From an uncultured Acidobacteriota bacterium (GTDB lineage Bacteria; Acidobacteriota; Blastocatellia; RBC074): a stretch of DNA of 64,000 bases. The position numbers and the translations under genes were made by a program. Below the pieces are notes generated by a model. That model had not been told where the DNA came from, did no database searches, and saw nothing but the letters and a program-made list of their open reading frames with translations. Below, one piece after another: positions 10,933 to 25,405 of the stretch (the stretch's first letter is position 1; each line of letters opens with the position of its first letter). Where the stretch lies: positions 416,001 to 480,000 of the forward strand of contig CAWCKY010000001.1 of the NCBI GenBank assembly GCA_963796275.1. The letters are read 5' to 3'.

Positions 10933-13071
10933 ATGAAGAAGAGCAAATATTCTCCAGAGATCATACTTCCGGGCGGTCGGCCGTCTAAGATACTGGCGAC
11001 GATTTTATCTATCCTGGTCGCCTGCGGAGCAGTTCTGGTGACGGCGCAGGAAAAGAGTCAAAAGCCTGCGCAGGAAGGAAAATCTATGCCGGAGAATAGA
11101 AACAAACTTTTTGAAGGCGAGGTCAATGCGCCCGAAATTCCCGCAGGTCTCGAATGGCTCAATACGGAAAAGCCGCTCGCACTCCGCGAACTGCGCGGTA
11201 AAATCGTGCTGCTCGACTTCTGGACCTACTGCTGCATCAACTGCATGCACATCATTCCCGACCTGAAGAAGTTGGAAGCGAAATACGCCAATCAGCTGGT
11301 AGTGATCGGTGTGCATTCGGCGAAGTTCACGACTGAAAAAGGGACGGATAATATTCGGCAGGCGATACTACGCTATGAGATCGAACATCCCGTCGTCAAT
11401 GATCGCGATTTCGAAGTTTGGCAGCAGTTCGCTGTGCGAGCGTGGCCGACGCTGGTGCTGATCAATCCGAAAGGGAAGGTGGTAGGCGCGCAATCCGGAG
11501 AAGGTATCTTCGAGCTCTTCGATAATATCATAGGCGAGATGTCTTCCTATTTTCGCGCTCAGGGCGTACTCGACGAAAAACCCGTCAATTTCAAACTCGA
11601 GAAATTCTCCGCCCCGCCCAGCCTCTTGAGCTTCCCGGGGAAAGTGCTGGCCGACGAGAAAAATAATCGATTGTTCATTTCCGATTCGAACCATAACCGA
11701 ATCCTCATTACGACGCTGGATGGAATGGTGCAGGAAGTTATGGGCGACGGAGCGATCGGCGCCAAAGACGGCCAATTTGCGGAAGCCGAATTTAATCACC
11801 CGCAGGGAATGGCGCTCGACGGCGATACGCTCTACATTTGCGACACCGAGAACCATCTGATCCGCAAAGCCGATTTGAAAGCGCGGACGGTGGAGACATT
11901 GGTCGGAAACGGCCAGCAGGCAATGCGTTTCAATATCGAAGGTGTGGGTACGAATGTCGCATTGAATTCGCCCTGGGACGCGGTAATGCATAACGGGATG
12001 CTCTATATCGCTATGGCCGGACCGCACCAGCTATGGGTCGTCAACCCGAAGACGCGCGAAGCGAAACCATATGCCGGGAGCGGGCGCGAGAATCATACAA
12101 ACGGACCGCTGCTAGAGGCGGCGCTCGCTCAACCGAGCGGCATAACAACCGATGGAAAGTCGCTCTATTTTGCCGACAGCGAGGTCAGCTCGATCCGTTC
12201 CGCTTCGCTATCTCCCAATGGCAAGGTCGGCACGATTGTCGGTAAGGGCTTGTTCGATTTCGGAGATGTGGACGGAGCAGGCGATACCGTCCGGCTGCAA
12301 CACCCGCTCGGAATCGTCTATATACAAAATAAGCTTTATATAGCCGATACATACAATCACAAGATCAAAGTAATCGACCTCGCGAAAACCGAGTTCGACT
12401 CATCGGTATTACCTGAGGATATACAGACGGCGCGGGCTCAAACGACATCTCGCTTTGAATCCCGGACGTTCGCCGGAAATCGCGAACGAGGCACGCGAGA
12501 CGGCGACCGCAAACAAGCGCAATTCAATGAGCCGGGCGGCATTACTGCTACATCGAAGACCCTCTTCATAGCCGACACAAATAACCATCTCATCCGTAAG
12601 CTCGATCTCGACAGCGGGAAAGTGTCGACGCTCGAGTTGAAGGGGCTCGAGACGCTGACCAAACAGCTAGTGCGCAGGTTCCGGGGGCGTGTGGTCGATG
12701 TTGATAAACAGACCATCGCTCCAGGGCAGGGATCGATTTCACTCTCATTCGCTCTCCCCGCTGGGTATAAATACAACCAGGGCGCACCGTTTTACGTTGC
12801 ATATCGCATGAGCGATGACAATGCCGTAAAGATCACTGACAAAGAGACGTCGCGCAATTTCACCGAGCCCAAATTTCCGTTCGATATCCCGCTCGATGCA
12901 AAGCAGGGTGAAAGCGTGGCGACGATTGAAGCGGTGATCTATTTCTGCAATGACGAAAAGGAAAAAGTCTGCCTCGTCGACAGCGTGCGAGTGAACGTGC
13001 CGCTCGAAGTTAAAGAAGGCGCCCAGAAACAGGCGAAGGTGGAAGTCGCGGCTAAAGCGAGAGGCAAATAA
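10933..13071 (+). CDS. Thioredoxin-like + NHL-repeat beta-propeller protein (NHLRC2/SOQ1-like), probably exported
   Basis: [25 protein letters not shown]; repeated FNHPQG/LAQPSG/LQHPLG/FNEPGG and ADTxNHxIR; hydrophobic N-terminus. Confidence 0.9.
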   Translation: MKKSKYSPEIILPGGRPSKILATILSILVACGAVLVTAQEKSQKPAQEGKSMPENRNKLFEGEVNAPEIPAGLEWLNTEKPLALRELRGKIVLLDFWTYCCINCMHIIPDLKKLEAKYANQLVVIGVHSAKFTTEKGTDNIRQAILRYEIEHPVVNDRDFEVWQQFAVRAWPTLVLINPKGKVVGAQSGEGIFELFDNIIGEMSSYFRAQGVLDEKPVNFKLEKFSAPPSLLSFPGKVLADEKNNRLFISDSNHNRILITTLDGMVQEVMGDGAIGAKDGQFAEAEFNHPQGMALDGDTLYICDTENHLIRKADLKARTVETLVGNGQQAMRFNIEGVGTNVALNSPWDAVMHNGMLYIAMAGPHQLWVVNPKTREAKPYAGSGRENHTNGPLLEAALAQPSGITTDGKSLYFADSEVSSIRSASLSPNGKVGTIVGKGLFDFGDVDGAGDTVRLQHPLGIVYIQNKLYIADTYNHKIKVIDLAKTEFDSSVLPEDIQTARAQTTSRFESRTFAGNRERGTRDGDRKQAQFNEPGGITATSKTLFIADTNNHLIRKLDLDSGKVSTLELKGLETLTKQLVRRFRGRVVDVDKQTIAPGQGSISLSFALPAGYKYNQGAPFYVAYRMSDDNAVKITDKETSRNFTEPKFPFDIPLDAKQGESVATIEAVIYFCNDEKEKVCLVDSVRVNVPLEVKEGAQKQAKVEVAAKARGK

Positions 13072-13322
13072 TAATGGATACTGGATAATGGATAATTGAT
13101 AATTCGTATAAATTGTTGCCACAGTTTATATGAATCATCAATTATCAGCGTAATGGGGAAGGTGCCGCTCGAAGTTAAAGAAGGCGGGCGCCCTCACAAA
13201 CAGGCGAAGGTGGAAGTCGCGGCTATAGCGCGTGGCAAATGATAATGGATAATTGGAAAATTCGTATAAACTCAGACAACAGTTTATGCGAATTATCAAT
13301 TGTCCATTATCAATTATCAATT
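12997..13322 (+). repeat. Direct duplication (12997-13147 vs 13162-13322) of the last ~24 codons of the NHL gene together with a GATAATT palindromic element
   Basis: gtgccgctcgaagttaaagaaggc..caggcgaaggtggaagtcgcggcta..ggcaaa-stop occurs twice, each time followed by gataa..ttcgtataaa..agtttat..aattatca. Confidence 0.88.
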
Positions 13323-13323
13323 A

Positions 13324-14289
13324 TTACCAGTCTCCTTCTCTGTTCCAGGCAAATTGTTTCAACCGCCAGAGCATACCCGGCGTCAATCTCCTCCCATCTG
13401 AATAAGAGCAATTGGATGTAACGTGTTTCGCAGAGCGCATGCCTGGGATAACGGTGGTGACGGCGTCGTGGCTTAAAGTGTAGCGCAAAGCCAATTCCGC
13501 CAGATTTTCCGCCTCGGCCCCAAGTAATAATTGCAATCTCTCTACTAGATTGAAGACCCTCTCTTTACGGTCTCCGCGGAAGAACCAGGAACGGAAATCG
13601 CTCTCGGGAAAAACGGTATCCGGCCTGATCGCGCCTGTCAGCCCGCCCTCATCGAAAGGCACGCGCGCGATGACACCGATATTCAGTTCCTGACATAGCG
13701 GATAGAGTTCATTCTCGGGGGCCTGCTCGAAGATGTTGTAGATAACCTGCACCGTATCGATGTTGCCCTGCCGCAGGACCTTCAAGGCATTCCATGGCTG
13801 ATAATCGTTGATCGAGATACCAAAATACCTCACCTTCCCCTGCTCTCGCAGCGCCGTCAAAGCCTCGATCCATTCGGGTTCCTCAGTCCAGTTGTCGTGC
13901 CACACATGCAGCTGCTGCAGATCGATCGTGTCCAGGCCGAGGTTTTTCAGGCTCTGCTCCGTAGATTCGATGATGTAGTCGTAGGTGAAGACCTCCTGCA
14001 GCGAGACGCCCCGCGCCGGCCACTCCCTGTTTTTGGGCGGCACTTTCGTTGCGATCTGGATCCGCTCGCTGCGTGAGCGGATCACCTCTCCGACCAGGCG
14101 TTCGCTGTGGCCTTCGCCGTATGCCAGCGCCGTGTCGATGAAGTTCAATCCCTGGTCGATCGCCAGATTCAACGCGCGCTTGGCTTCTTCGTCATCACCG
14201 CCAGTCCATTGGATGCCGCCGATCCCCCAGGCGCCGTAGCCGATCTCAGACACCTCTATTCCGGTCCTACCGAGAGTTCTATATTTCAT
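13324..14289 (-). CDS. Aldo/keto reductase
   Basis: [56 protein letters not shown]. Confidence 0.93.
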   Translation of the reverse strand: MKYRTLGRTGIEVSEIGYGAWGIGGIQWTGGDDEEAKRALNLAIDQGLNFIDTALAYGEGHSERLVGEVIRSRSERIQIATKVPPKNREWPARGVSLQEVFTYDYIIESTEQSLKNLGLDTIDLQQLHVWHDNWTEEPEWIEALTALREQGKVRYFGISINDYQPWNALKVLRQGNIDTVQVIYNIFEQAPENELYPLCQELNIGVIARVPFDEGGLTGAIRPDTVFPESDFRSWFFRGDRKERVFNLVERLQLLLGAEAENLAELALRYTLSHDAVTTVIPGMRSAKHVTSNCSYSDGRRLTPGMLWRLKQFAWNREGDW

Positions 14290-14501
14290 GGGTCGCTCCA
14301 GATAATATAATGTTAATTGCTATCTTATTCATGTTGTTAATGGTTTGTGAAGATTTTATCGATGCGTGGTGATTTATTCACTTGAGGGTCTCGAATGTCA
14401 AGGTTGTTGAGAATTGTTGACGATTGGGCTATTTCACATGATATTGTTGTGGCTGTCGGTCAGATACGTTACAGAATCCAGGCTAATACTCGAGGTGATT
14501 T

Positions 14502-16184
14502 ATGAAAGCTAACCCTTCCGGGCTCCGGTTGCGCCTTATCATCGTGGGATCGATGTTCGCTATTGTCGGCACCTTCGCTCTACCTGGCTTTATGCTGAAA
14601 GCCGCGGCCGAGAAGACATTCAATCCCATCGCTGAGCTCTGGCAGTTAGCGCCACCGCCACCGAAGATCGCGGAGACCGACCGCATCGCGGAGCTGCGCG
14701 CGCGCCGGCAAGCGGTGATCAAGCGGATGAGCAACGACTCAATGATGGTCCTCTTCAGCGCTGAGCCGCGGGTTTACACGAATGACGTGGATTATCATTA
14801 CCGGCAGGAAAACAACCTCTACTATCTGACCGGGATCAAGCAGGCGGATGCCATTCTAGTCCTTAGCCCGGACGGAAGCGGAGCCAATAAGGAAATTATA
14901 TTTATACCGGAGCGCAATCCGATCTTCGAGACGTGGAATGGCCGGATGATGAGCTTCGACGAAGTGCGCGCGCGCAGCGGCGTGCAGGATGTAAGACCGC
15001 TCAGACTTTTCAAATCATTCCTCGCCCTGATCGCACCGCGCGCCGAGCAGGCGATCACCAAACGCAGCCCGATCCCCCAAGCCGCCGAAGAACTTAGGGG
15101 ACAGTGGAACCGGGATTTTCAAAAACTTATCCAGGCGGTCGCCGCTGATCGGGCTGACCTTTACCTTCTGACTCCGAATGGATTGGACCTGCGGGAATAC
15201 AAACAGGAGCACGAATTCGCCAGCCAGATAACCTCTTCCCAGGCCGGTTTTAAGATAAAGAACGCCCATCAGATATTCGCCGACCTGCGGCTCCAGAAAT
15301 CGGAATGGGAACTGAAGCTTATGCAGCACGCGGTGGACATCACGAGCGAATCATTCCATCGAGTTTTCGCCGCCGCCGCGCCCGCAATGTATGAGTATGA
15401 AATTCAGGCCGAATTCGAATATACATTCCGGCGGCGTAATGCCGACAACTGGGGTTATCCGTGCATAGTCGGGGCGGGCCGGAATGCCACGACCCTGCAC
15501 TACAACACCAGCCAGGAGAGACTCGACGACGGCAGCCTACTGCTTATGGATTGCGCGGCCGAGTATGACCACTACACCGCAGACATCACGCGTACGCTTC
15601 CGATAAATGGGAAGTTCACCAAAGAGCAGGCGGAGATTTACCGCATCGTTTATGAGGCACAAGCCGCGTCGATAGCGGCAGTTCGGCCCGGAAATTCCGT
15701 CAATACGCGGCACGATCCGAATATCTCGCCGCAGTCAGTACACGGGCGCTCGGTCGAGATAATCAAGGATGGGTTATTACGTCTGGGGCTGATCACCTCG
15801 AAAAACAATAATGAATACCGGACCTGGTTTATGCACGGGACCAGCCACTGGTTGGGGATGAACGTCCACGACGTGGGGGATTACTCGAAGCCTCTCGCGC
15901 CGGGAATGGTATTGACCGTAGAGCCAGGCATCTATATTCGACCCGACGCGCTCGAGGTTCTGGCGAAAAATCCGGAGAACGAACGATTTATCAAAGCTAT
16001 CGGCCCCGCGTTTGCAAAATACAAGGGCATAGGGGTGCGCATCGAGGATGACGTTCTGGTGACCGACGGAGATCCGAAAGTGATGTCTCGCGCGATTCCA
16101 TCAAAGCTGGAGGAAGTGGAAGCGGCCATGGCTCGATTGAAGCAGGAGCTTCGCAAATCGGGATGGCCAGTGGCTATGAAATAG
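14502..16184 (+). CDS. Xaa-Pro aminopeptidase (M24B, aminopeptidase P), with signal peptide
   Basis: [60 protein letters not shown]. Confidence 0.92.
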   Translation: MKANPSGLRLRLIIVGSMFAIVGTFALPGFMLKAAAEKTFNPIAELWQLAPPPPKIAETDRIAELRARRQAVIKRMSNDSMMVLFSAEPRVYTNDVDYHYRQENNLYYLTGIKQADAILVLSPDGSGANKEIIFIPERNPIFETWNGRMMSFDEVRARSGVQDVRPLRLFKSFLALIAPRAEQAITKRSPIPQAAEELRGQWNRDFQKLIQAVAADRADLYLLTPNGLDLREYKQEHEFASQITSSQAGFKIKNAHQIFADLRLQKSEWELKLMQHAVDITSESFHRVFAAAAPAMYEYEIQAEFEYTFRRRNADNWGYPCIVGAGRNATTLHYNTSQERLDDGSLLLMDCAAEYDHYTADITRTLPINGKFTKEQAEIYRIVYEAQAASIAAVRPGNSVNTRHDPNISPQSVHGRSVEIIKDGLLRLGLITSKNNNEYRTWFMHGTSHWLGMNVHDVGDYSKPLAPGMVLTVEPGIYIRPDALEVLAKNPENERFIKAIGPAFAKYKGIGVRIEDDVLVTDGDPKVMSRAIPSKLEEVEAAMARLKQELRKSGWPVAMK

Positions 16185-16231
16185 AACAAAATTGACGCAA
16201 AGGCGCAAAGGTAAAAAGGGTAATCAGAGAT

Positions 16232-16657
16232 ATGTCGATAAGACTTTATCTGCCGGAAACTCGATTTGCCGTAGCGAGCATACCGCTTGAACAATACGGC
16301 GAGGTAGTCTCCTGTTTGAGCGAAATAGACGGTTTTGTTTCGATGATGCGCGACAAGGAAGAGATCACTCTGATCGTCGCGGAGAACGAATGGGAGAAAT
16401 TAGCTCACCGCTTCCCTCAGGCGCGCATACAGCAACAGCGGCGAATGATTCGCTTCGACACCGTGCTCGATTTTTCGGTCGTCGGGTTCATATCCGAAAT
16501 CAGCGGCGCTCTGGCCGATGCAGATATCAGCATCCTGAGCCTTTCAACCTACAGCACAGATGCCGTCTTCGTCCACGATTCGAGGTTCGACGATGCAGTA
16601 TCCGCCGTCAAACAGGCGTTGGTAACCTTGCGGTTCACACATCTCGCGCAACATTGA
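16232..16657 (+). CDS. ACT-domain protein (ACT_7/CASTOR-like)
   Basis: [41 protein letters not shown]. Confidence 0.8.
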   Translation: MSIRLYLPETRFAVASIPLEQYGEVVSCLSEIDGFVSMMRDKEEITLIVAENEWEKLAHRFPQARIQQQRRMIRFDTVLDFSVVGFISEISGALADADISILSLSTYSTDAVFVHDSRFDDAVSAVKQALVTLRFTHLAQH

Positions 16658-16846
16658 TTCGGGTCGCCAATTTTTTCTGTTCATTCAAATATCGCCAGAT
16701 TATGCAAATTTCGGCGAATCAAAGTTAGGACGGAAAACTTGTATATTTGCGATGCCTTGAAGAGATGGTGAGCCGTTCTGTCAGCAATGGTCGACCCGGC
16801 GGCGTTTCGGCATCACCAGACGAGAAAGCAAGAAAGGAAGCTAACA

Positions 16847-17749
16847 TTGTTGAATCGCATTATATTAATCAGTTTGCTGATAACGTTTGCCTTCATCCCT
16901 GTCTTCAGTCAATCGAAGGGCAAACGCACCTCTCCTGGCAAAACCCGTGCTGTTCAATTGGCCGAGATCGAGGCTGAATTGAAAACGCTCGAACGCGAGT
17001 GGTTCGATGCCGTTACGAAGAATGACGTAGCGACGCTTAATAGAATTTTCGCCGACGATTTCCTGGCTATCAGCAGCGACGGCAGTTTCATAACCAAAAC
17101 CGAGATGACCGAACTGCTCTCGTCGGGCCGCATTAAAGTCGATGAGATAAGAGTCGATGAGTTCAAGCTGAAGCTATACGGCAACACTGCCGTCGTCACC
17201 GGCCGGGCGACCTTCATCAGAAATCAGCAACCACTCGGCCAGGACGGTCACATCGAAGTTTGGGTCAGGCGACCCGGCCCATCGGGAAAAAACCTCTGGC
17301 AAGCAGTCTCGTGGACATCAATTCCGTTCACCAAAAAGACGATTGCCGGATCGGCAAATTCGACGAATTCGGCGAATTCGTCAAACACACCATCGAAAGG
17401 TAAAGAAGTGGCATCAGAACCATCAGAACCAGGATTGAAATTCGAAGAGATCGTTGTTGGCGTAGGCATTAGTCCGAAGCCTGGGCAAGACGTTACGGTC
17501 CATTACACCGGTATTTTGGAAAACGGGGTTAAATTCGACAGCTCACTCGATCGCGGTGAACCCTTCACGTTCAAGATCGGCGTCGGGCGAGTAATAAAAG
17601 GGTGGGACGAAGGCGTGATGACCATGAAAGTTGGCGGTAAACGCAAACTGATTATCCCGCCCCATCTGGGTTACGGTTCACGAAGCACGGGCCCAATACC
17701 TCCCAATTCAACTCTGATATTTGAAGTCGAGCTATTGGAAGTGAGGTGA
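16847..17749 (+). CDS. Secreted DUF4440 (SnoaL/NTF2-like) + FKBP-type peptidyl-prolyl isomerase fusion
   Basis: [22 protein letters not shown]; [41 protein letters not shown]; start codon uncertain (16787 or TTG 16847). Confidence 0.85.
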   Translation: MLNRIILISLLITFAFIPVFSQSKGKRTSPGKTRAVQLAEIEAELKTLEREWFDAVTKNDVATLNRIFADDFLAISSDGSFITKTEMTELLSSGRIKVDEIRVDEFKLKLYGNTAVVTGRATFIRNQQPLGQDGHIEVWVRRPGPSGKNLWQAVSWTSIPFTKKTIAGSANSTNSANSSNTPSKGKEVASEPSEPGLKFEEIVVGVGISPKPGQDVTVHYTGILENGVKFDSSLDRGEPFTFKIGVGRVIKGWDEGVMTMKVGGKRKLIIPPHLGYGSRSTGPIPPNSTLIFEVELLEVR

Positions 17750-17882
17750 AATGTTCTAGCCGCCCTAGATTGCTGGCGAATCATCGCCGATTCTCTCGAT
17801 TGCACCAGCGAATGCGAGAATGTGTCTGTCTCGATGGTTTTTCTCGCTTTGAATAAACGCGAATTTGAGAGAGCCCACATTT

Positions 17883-19070
17883 ATGTCCAAAAAACGCCTA
17901 AAAACTGCAGGCCCACAAACCAAAGCAATCTACACATCGAAGGAGCTCAACCAAACCTCCGCGGTAAGCCCTCCGATCTGGCAGACGACAACGTTCAGCG
18001 CCGAGACCGCGGAGGAGTTCGCTGAGATAGCTATCGCCACGAAGCCGGCGGAATTTTACACGCGCTACGGTAACCCGAATCACGAGATGGTGGAGGAGAC
18101 TCTCGCTGCGCTCGAAGGAGGTGAATCTGCGCTGGTTACCAGTTCAGGCATGGGAGCCATCTTCGCCGGGATCGCCGGGAATTTGCAGAGCGGCGACCAC
18201 GTCATCGCGCAACTCAATCATTATGCGGGGGCAACGACCCTGCTCAAGGAATTCCTGCCTCGCTGGGGTATCGAAGTAACATTTGTTGATCAAACCAAAA
18301 ATTCCGAGTTCGCCGATGCGCTGCGTTCTCAGACGAAGCTGATATATGTCGAGACTCCCGTCAATCCGCTGATGCAGATCACCGATCTGCGATCCATCGT
18401 CGAACTGGCTCGGCCGCACGGCATCACTACCATCTGCGATAACACGTTCGCCACACCGATCAATCAGCGTCCGCTGGAAATGGGTATCGATGCAGTTGTC
18501 CACAGCGCGACGAAATATATCGGCGGGCACCACGATGTGACGGCGGGCGTCATGGTTGGATCGACAGAGATGGTCGAGCGCACGTGGAAGTTTGCGCTGG
18601 TGGCGGGCGCGACTCTTAGCCCATTCGATGCTTGGCTCTTGCTGCGTGGGCTCCGGACTCTGGGTTTGAGAGTCGAACGCCATAATCGAAACGGAATGGC
18701 GCTGGCAAAATTTCTGGAGCGCAATCCAAAGGTTTCCCGCGTTCACTATCCAGGCCTCGAATCACATCCCCAGCACGAACTCGCCAAATCGCAAATGAGC
18801 GGTTTCACCGGCATGCTGAGCGTGGAATTGCTTGGAGGATACCAGGCGGCCGATAGATTCATCTCTTCCCTCGAGCTTGCGACACGCGCAGCCTCGCTCG
18901 GCGGATTTGAGACTTTGGTCGTGCATCCAGCGTCGATGTGGAGTCTGCAACTCTCCCCCGAATTGAGAGAGCGGACCGGCATAAATGAAGGTCTGGTGCG
19001 TATCTCTGTCGGGCTGGAAGATGAACCCGATCTGTTGCAGGATTTCGATTGCGCCTTGCAAGAGGTATAA
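17883..19070 (+). CDS. PLP-dependent trans-sulfuration enzyme (cystathionine gamma-synthase / methionine gamma-lyase family)
   Basis: [51 protein letters not shown]. Confidence 0.92.
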   Translation: MSKKRLKTAGPQTKAIYTSKELNQTSAVSPPIWQTTTFSAETAEEFAEIAIATKPAEFYTRYGNPNHEMVEETLAALEGGESALVTSSGMGAIFAGIAGNLQSGDHVIAQLNHYAGATTLLKEFLPRWGIEVTFVDQTKNSEFADALRSQTKLIYVETPVNPLMQITDLRSIVELARPHGITTICDNTFATPINQRPLEMGIDAVVHSATKYIGGHHDVTAGVMVGSTEMVERTWKFALVAGATLSPFDAWLLLRGLRTLGLRVERHNRNGMALAKFLERNPKVSRVHYPGLESHPQHELAKSQMSGFTGMLSVELLGGYQAADRFISSLELATRAASLGGFETLVVHPASMWSLQLSPELRERTGINEGLVRISVGLEDEPDLLQDFDCALQEV

Positions 19071-19080
19071 GTTCTGCAGC

Positions 19081-19116
19081 GCACCGAGAGAGAGAGAGAG
19101 AGAGAAAGACCGGTGC
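19081..19116. repeat. (GA)10 microsatellite enclosed by a 6-bp inverted repeat
   Basis: gcaccg...cggtgc around GA repeats at 19086-19105. Confidence 0.85.
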
Positions 19117-19186
19117 ATAGCAATCTTCTCCAGTCGGCGCTCTATCTGTGTGGAATAAAGAAGGGCTGAATAGTTACACTATTACC

Positions 19187-19287
<101 letters not shown>

Positions 19288-19297
19288 TTTTATATTT

Positions 19298-19313
19298 AGC
19301 AATACTGATGCCA
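19298..19313 (-). promoter_or_regulatory. Sigma54 (-24/-12) promoter motif
   Basis: Minus strand TGGCATCAGTATTGCT versus consensus TGGCACGNNNNTTGCW. Confidence 0.6.
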
Positions 19314-19568
19314 CGAACAGCCTGAATAGCCCCTAAACGCTAATTGCCGTGTAGACGCTGATTTAGCGCTCATTCGCATCTTTTGCTGTCTTCAAGATCT
19401 TTCGTACTTTATCCAGAATTTCGTATGTGAGCTTCAATTTTTCGGAGACGGGGCTATAGGATGGTTATATATGTCTGAAATCATTATTCCAATGCCTGTC
19501 CGATAATTTCCCAATATCCCGCATTTTTGTGGCTGGTTTATTCTTAGCCGGTACAATTTTGTTGCTGA

Positions 19569-20468
19569 TCATTCGACACCGATCCAATCCTGCGGTTTGA
19601 AATAAGCCCAGGCTGCAGATTCCGGCGTGTCTGGCGCGGGTTCATAGTCGTAATTCCACCGCGCTAGTGGAGGGAGCGACATCAGGATCGACTCCGTGCG
19701 GCCGCGGGTCTCCAGTCCGAATGTCGTGCCGCGGTCATAAACAAGGTTGAACTCAACATACCTGCCGCGCCTGATCAATTGAAACTCGCGTTCTCTTTCG
19801 CCGAAGTTATCATTGCGATGCTTTTCGATGATCGGCAAATAGGCGGGGAGGAAAGCATCACCCACATCTTTTACGAACGCGAAGAGCTTCTCCAAATCTC
19901 CCTGCAGATAGTCGAAGAAGATTCCTCCGACTCCCCGCGTCTCGTTTCGGTGTTTGATGAAGAAGTATTCGTCACACCACTTTTTAAAACGCGGATAGTA
20001 TTGTGGATCGTGCTTATCGCACGCCTCTTTCAGTATGCGATGAAAATGGACGACGTCCTCGCGCACCGGATAATAGGGCGTTAAATCCGTTCCGCCGCCG
20101 AACCAGCTCGTCGATTCTTTTTCCAGGTAACGGAAGTTCGCGTGAACCGTCGGTATATAAGGGTTGCGTGGATGAAGGACCAGCGAAATGCCGGTGGCGA
20201 AGAACTCGAGACCATCGCCCAACGCGATTTTCTTCGCGAATTCTTCAGGCAGGACGCCCTCCACTGCCGAAAAATTAACGCCGGCCTTTTCAAAAATCGC
20301 CCCTTCCTGCATGACGCGCGTCCGACCGCCGCCGCCGCCCTCGCGCTCCCAGCGATCTTCCCGGAAATTTGCCTTTCCATCAGCCTCTTCGATTGCACGA
20401 CAAATTCTGTCCTGCAGCAGCGCGAATGATTCCTGCGCACGGTGTCTAATAGGTTGTTGCTGGTCCAT
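19569..20468 (-). CDS. hemF: Oxygen-dependent coproporphyrinogen III oxidase
   Basis: FEKAGVNFS, HPRNPYIPTVHANFRY, WFGGGTDLTP, RGVGGIFFD, RRGRYVEFNLVYDRGT, ESILMSLP. Confidence 0.97.
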   Translation of the reverse strand: MDQQQPIRHRAQESFALLQDRICRAIEEADGKANFREDRWEREGGGGGRTRVMQEGAIFEKAGVNFSAVEGVLPEEFAKKIALGDGLEFFATGISLVLHPRNPYIPTVHANFRYLEKESTSWFGGGTDLTPYYPVREDVVHFHRILKEACDKHDPQYYPRFKKWCDEYFFIKHRNETRGVGGIFFDYLQGDLEKLFAFVKDVGDAFLPAYLPIIEKHRNDNFGEREREFQLIRRGRYVEFNLVYDRGTTFGLETRGRTESILMSLPPLARWNYDYEPAPDTPESAAWAYFKPQDWIGVE

Positions 20469-20477
20469 GGAATGATT

Positions 20478-20993
20478 TCAATTGAGCTTGGTTTGCAGCC
20501 GGCGGAATGCCCTCAGCGCCTGTTTATAACTGGGATTCAGATCGTATGCCTCTTTATATAGATTCACTGCCCTGAGCAGATCACCGAATTCTTCGTATAC
20601 GCGCCCAAGGTTGAACCTCGGATAGAAAGGAGATTCGTATCGCTTGGTATCGAAAGCACGCTCGAGCCAGGGGATCGCTCCCCGCATATCGCCCTTCTGA
20701 ATCAGATATGCGCCTATATCGTTGTATGGGTTGCCATAGTCAGGATCGACTTCGATGGCTTTCATACATTCCTCAATCGCCTCATCGAGCTTGCCCTGAA
20801 AACTCTTGGCCCAGCCGCGAAAGGTGTAGGCCTCGGCCGTAGGAAAGACTTCAATCGACCTGGTGTAATGATCTATCGCCTCATCGAGCTGCTGGCGCAT
20901 CTGCGCCTCATACCCGCGCTGCCACCAGCTCATTGCTTCTTCGCGCATTTCCATCTCGATCATATCTTGTTTGAATATCGGATAGTCAGACAT
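20478..20993 (-). CDS. Tetratricopeptide repeat protein
   Basis: AEAYTFRGW..A..ECMKAIEVDPDYGNPYNDIGAY; NLGRVYE TPR pattern. Confidence 0.85.
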   Translation of the reverse strand: MSDYPIFKQDMIEMEMREEAMSWWQRGYEAQMRQQLDEAIDHYTRSIEVFPTAEAYTFRGWAKSFQGKLDEAIEECMKAIEVDPDYGNPYNDIGAYLIQKGDMRGAIPWLERAFDTKRYESPFYPRFNLGRVYEEFGDLLRAVNLYKEAYDLNPSYKQALRAFRRLQTKLN

Positions 20994-21110
20994 TCTCTTA
21001 GCTCCTATCTCCACTCTCGTCCAGGCTCTACTTAGTCAAATTCTACCTCCGCTCAATACAAACCGGAAATAGCCCGCTAAAGTCATAAATAAAGTGTGAA
21101 TCTATCTTTA

Positions 21111-21172
21111 TCTATATTGTCATCTATATTGTCATCTATATTGTCATCTATATTGCCCTAGTTATATTGTCC
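21111..21172. repeat. 12-bp tandem repeat (TCTATATTGTCA) x3 plus two degenerate copies
   Basis: Units start at 21111, 21123, 21135 and 21147. Confidence 0.9.
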
Positions 21173-21367
21173 TACTTTTTCCGCCGTTTGTGGCGATTCT
21201 TTTAGTCGATGATAAATCGCCAATTTACAGCAAGTTTTATGTATTAAAACATCGCGCATTTTTTACATAGCATGGCTTGGTAATGTTACACATAGACACG
21301 CGCGAGTCTGACGCGCACTCTCTATAACTCACCTTTAACACTTGCAAGAATTCTATTTTTGCCCTGC

Positions 21368-21383
21368 TGGTACGCCTCTTGCA
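21368..21383 (+). promoter_or_regulatory. Sigma54 (-24/-12) promoter motif upstream of the 21484 gene
   Basis: TGGTACGCCTCTTGCA. Confidence 0.6.
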
Positions 21384-21483
21384 CTTGATATCCGTAATCG
21401 CAGGCGTTGAAAGCTTTTTTATAAAAATGGCTTCATCACTACGATTGATAGTGCAAAACAAGCAATATGGAGGATGAAAATTC

Positions 21484-21843
21484 ATGAAAAAGCATACAGT
21501 TGGATTATCATTTTTAGTTGTGTTTGCTCTGGCCTCTATCGGATTCGCGTGGGGGACATACCAGGATCCGCAAACTTCAACTCAACAGCAGGCGGTAAAA
21601 CGAGCAACAGCCAAGGTTGTTTCGGTTGACGCCTCACGGAACGCTATTGAGATCAAAGATCAGACCGGAGCTAACGTAACAATGGCCGTTAGCCCGCAGG
21701 CTAAAATCACAAAAGATGGTAAGGACGTTGCTTTAACCGATATCAAGGCCGACGATACCGTCTCCGTCGAATGGGAAGATGATGGTGGAAGGATGACGGC
21801 GAAATCATTGACGGTAGTATCGGGTAAGAGTAAGAAACCATAA
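21484..21843 (+). CDS. Small secreted protein (OB-fold/DUF5666-like)
   Basis: GGAGG RBS; signal peptide; AKVVSVD..TKDGK..LTDIKADDTVSV..AKSL. Confidence 0.75.
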   Translation: MKKHTVGLSFLVVFALASIGFAWGTYQDPQTSTQQQAVKRATAKVVSVDASRNAIEIKDQTGANVTMAVSPQAKITKDGKDVALTDIKADDTVSVEWEDDGGRMTAKSLTVVSGKSKKP

Positions 21844-21886
21844 CTCTGATGATAAAATTACGTCGTCCAGGCTAAGGCGACGAGGT

Positions 21887-21928
21887 AAATGGGTAGGACA
21901 GAATATCAAATCTGTCCTACCCATTTTT
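21887..21928 (+). terminator. Intrinsic terminator
   Basis: aaatgggtaggacaga / tctgtcctacccattt 16-bp stem followed by a T run. Confidence 0.85.
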
Positions 21929-22026
21929 GTCACGAATTCTGGGATTGGATTTTTTTACTGAAAACCACCGAATCAATGCAAATACCCCCCTCTACGATAA
22001 ATTTTTAAAAAAATTCAGCACAGTAC

Positions 22027-22056
22027 TTGACAAGCACAAATTTAATCCATTATATT
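22027..22056 (+). promoter_or_regulatory. Sigma70 promoter of the str/S10 superoperon
   Basis: TTGACA-18 nt-TATATT with an AT-rich UP-like tract upstream. Confidence 0.65.
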
Positions 22057-22206
22057 CCGACCTTTGTGAAGAACAGATAGAAATGCGGGTCATTTGAGAA
22101 TGTATTGTGGCTTTGTGATCCCTCGATTCGAGCGGGTTCTCCTTCATTAAGGTTGCAGCCGGGCAACGATCTTAAATCAACAATACGCCACAGAAAAACT
22201 CGGCGA

Positions 22207-22247
<41 letters not shown>

Positions 22248-22392
22248 AAATCAACCTTCGCATCATGCTTGAGACAGGTGCTCTTTACGGGCATTGGCCT
22301 CATATGCAGCCTCACATATTGCATGAAATCCTCCTGGGGAGGCCGGGCTGGTTATTGCCTTACATCTCCGGGAGTGGAGTTATATTTTTACT

Positions 22393-23299
<907 letters not shown>

Positions 23300-23305
23300 T
23301 AGTTT

Positions 23306-25403
<2,098 letters not shown>

Positions 25404-25405
25404 TT

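Noticed and set aside
21111-21172. CRISPR array
   Set aside because: 12-bp units are directly adjacent with no spacers; no cas genes
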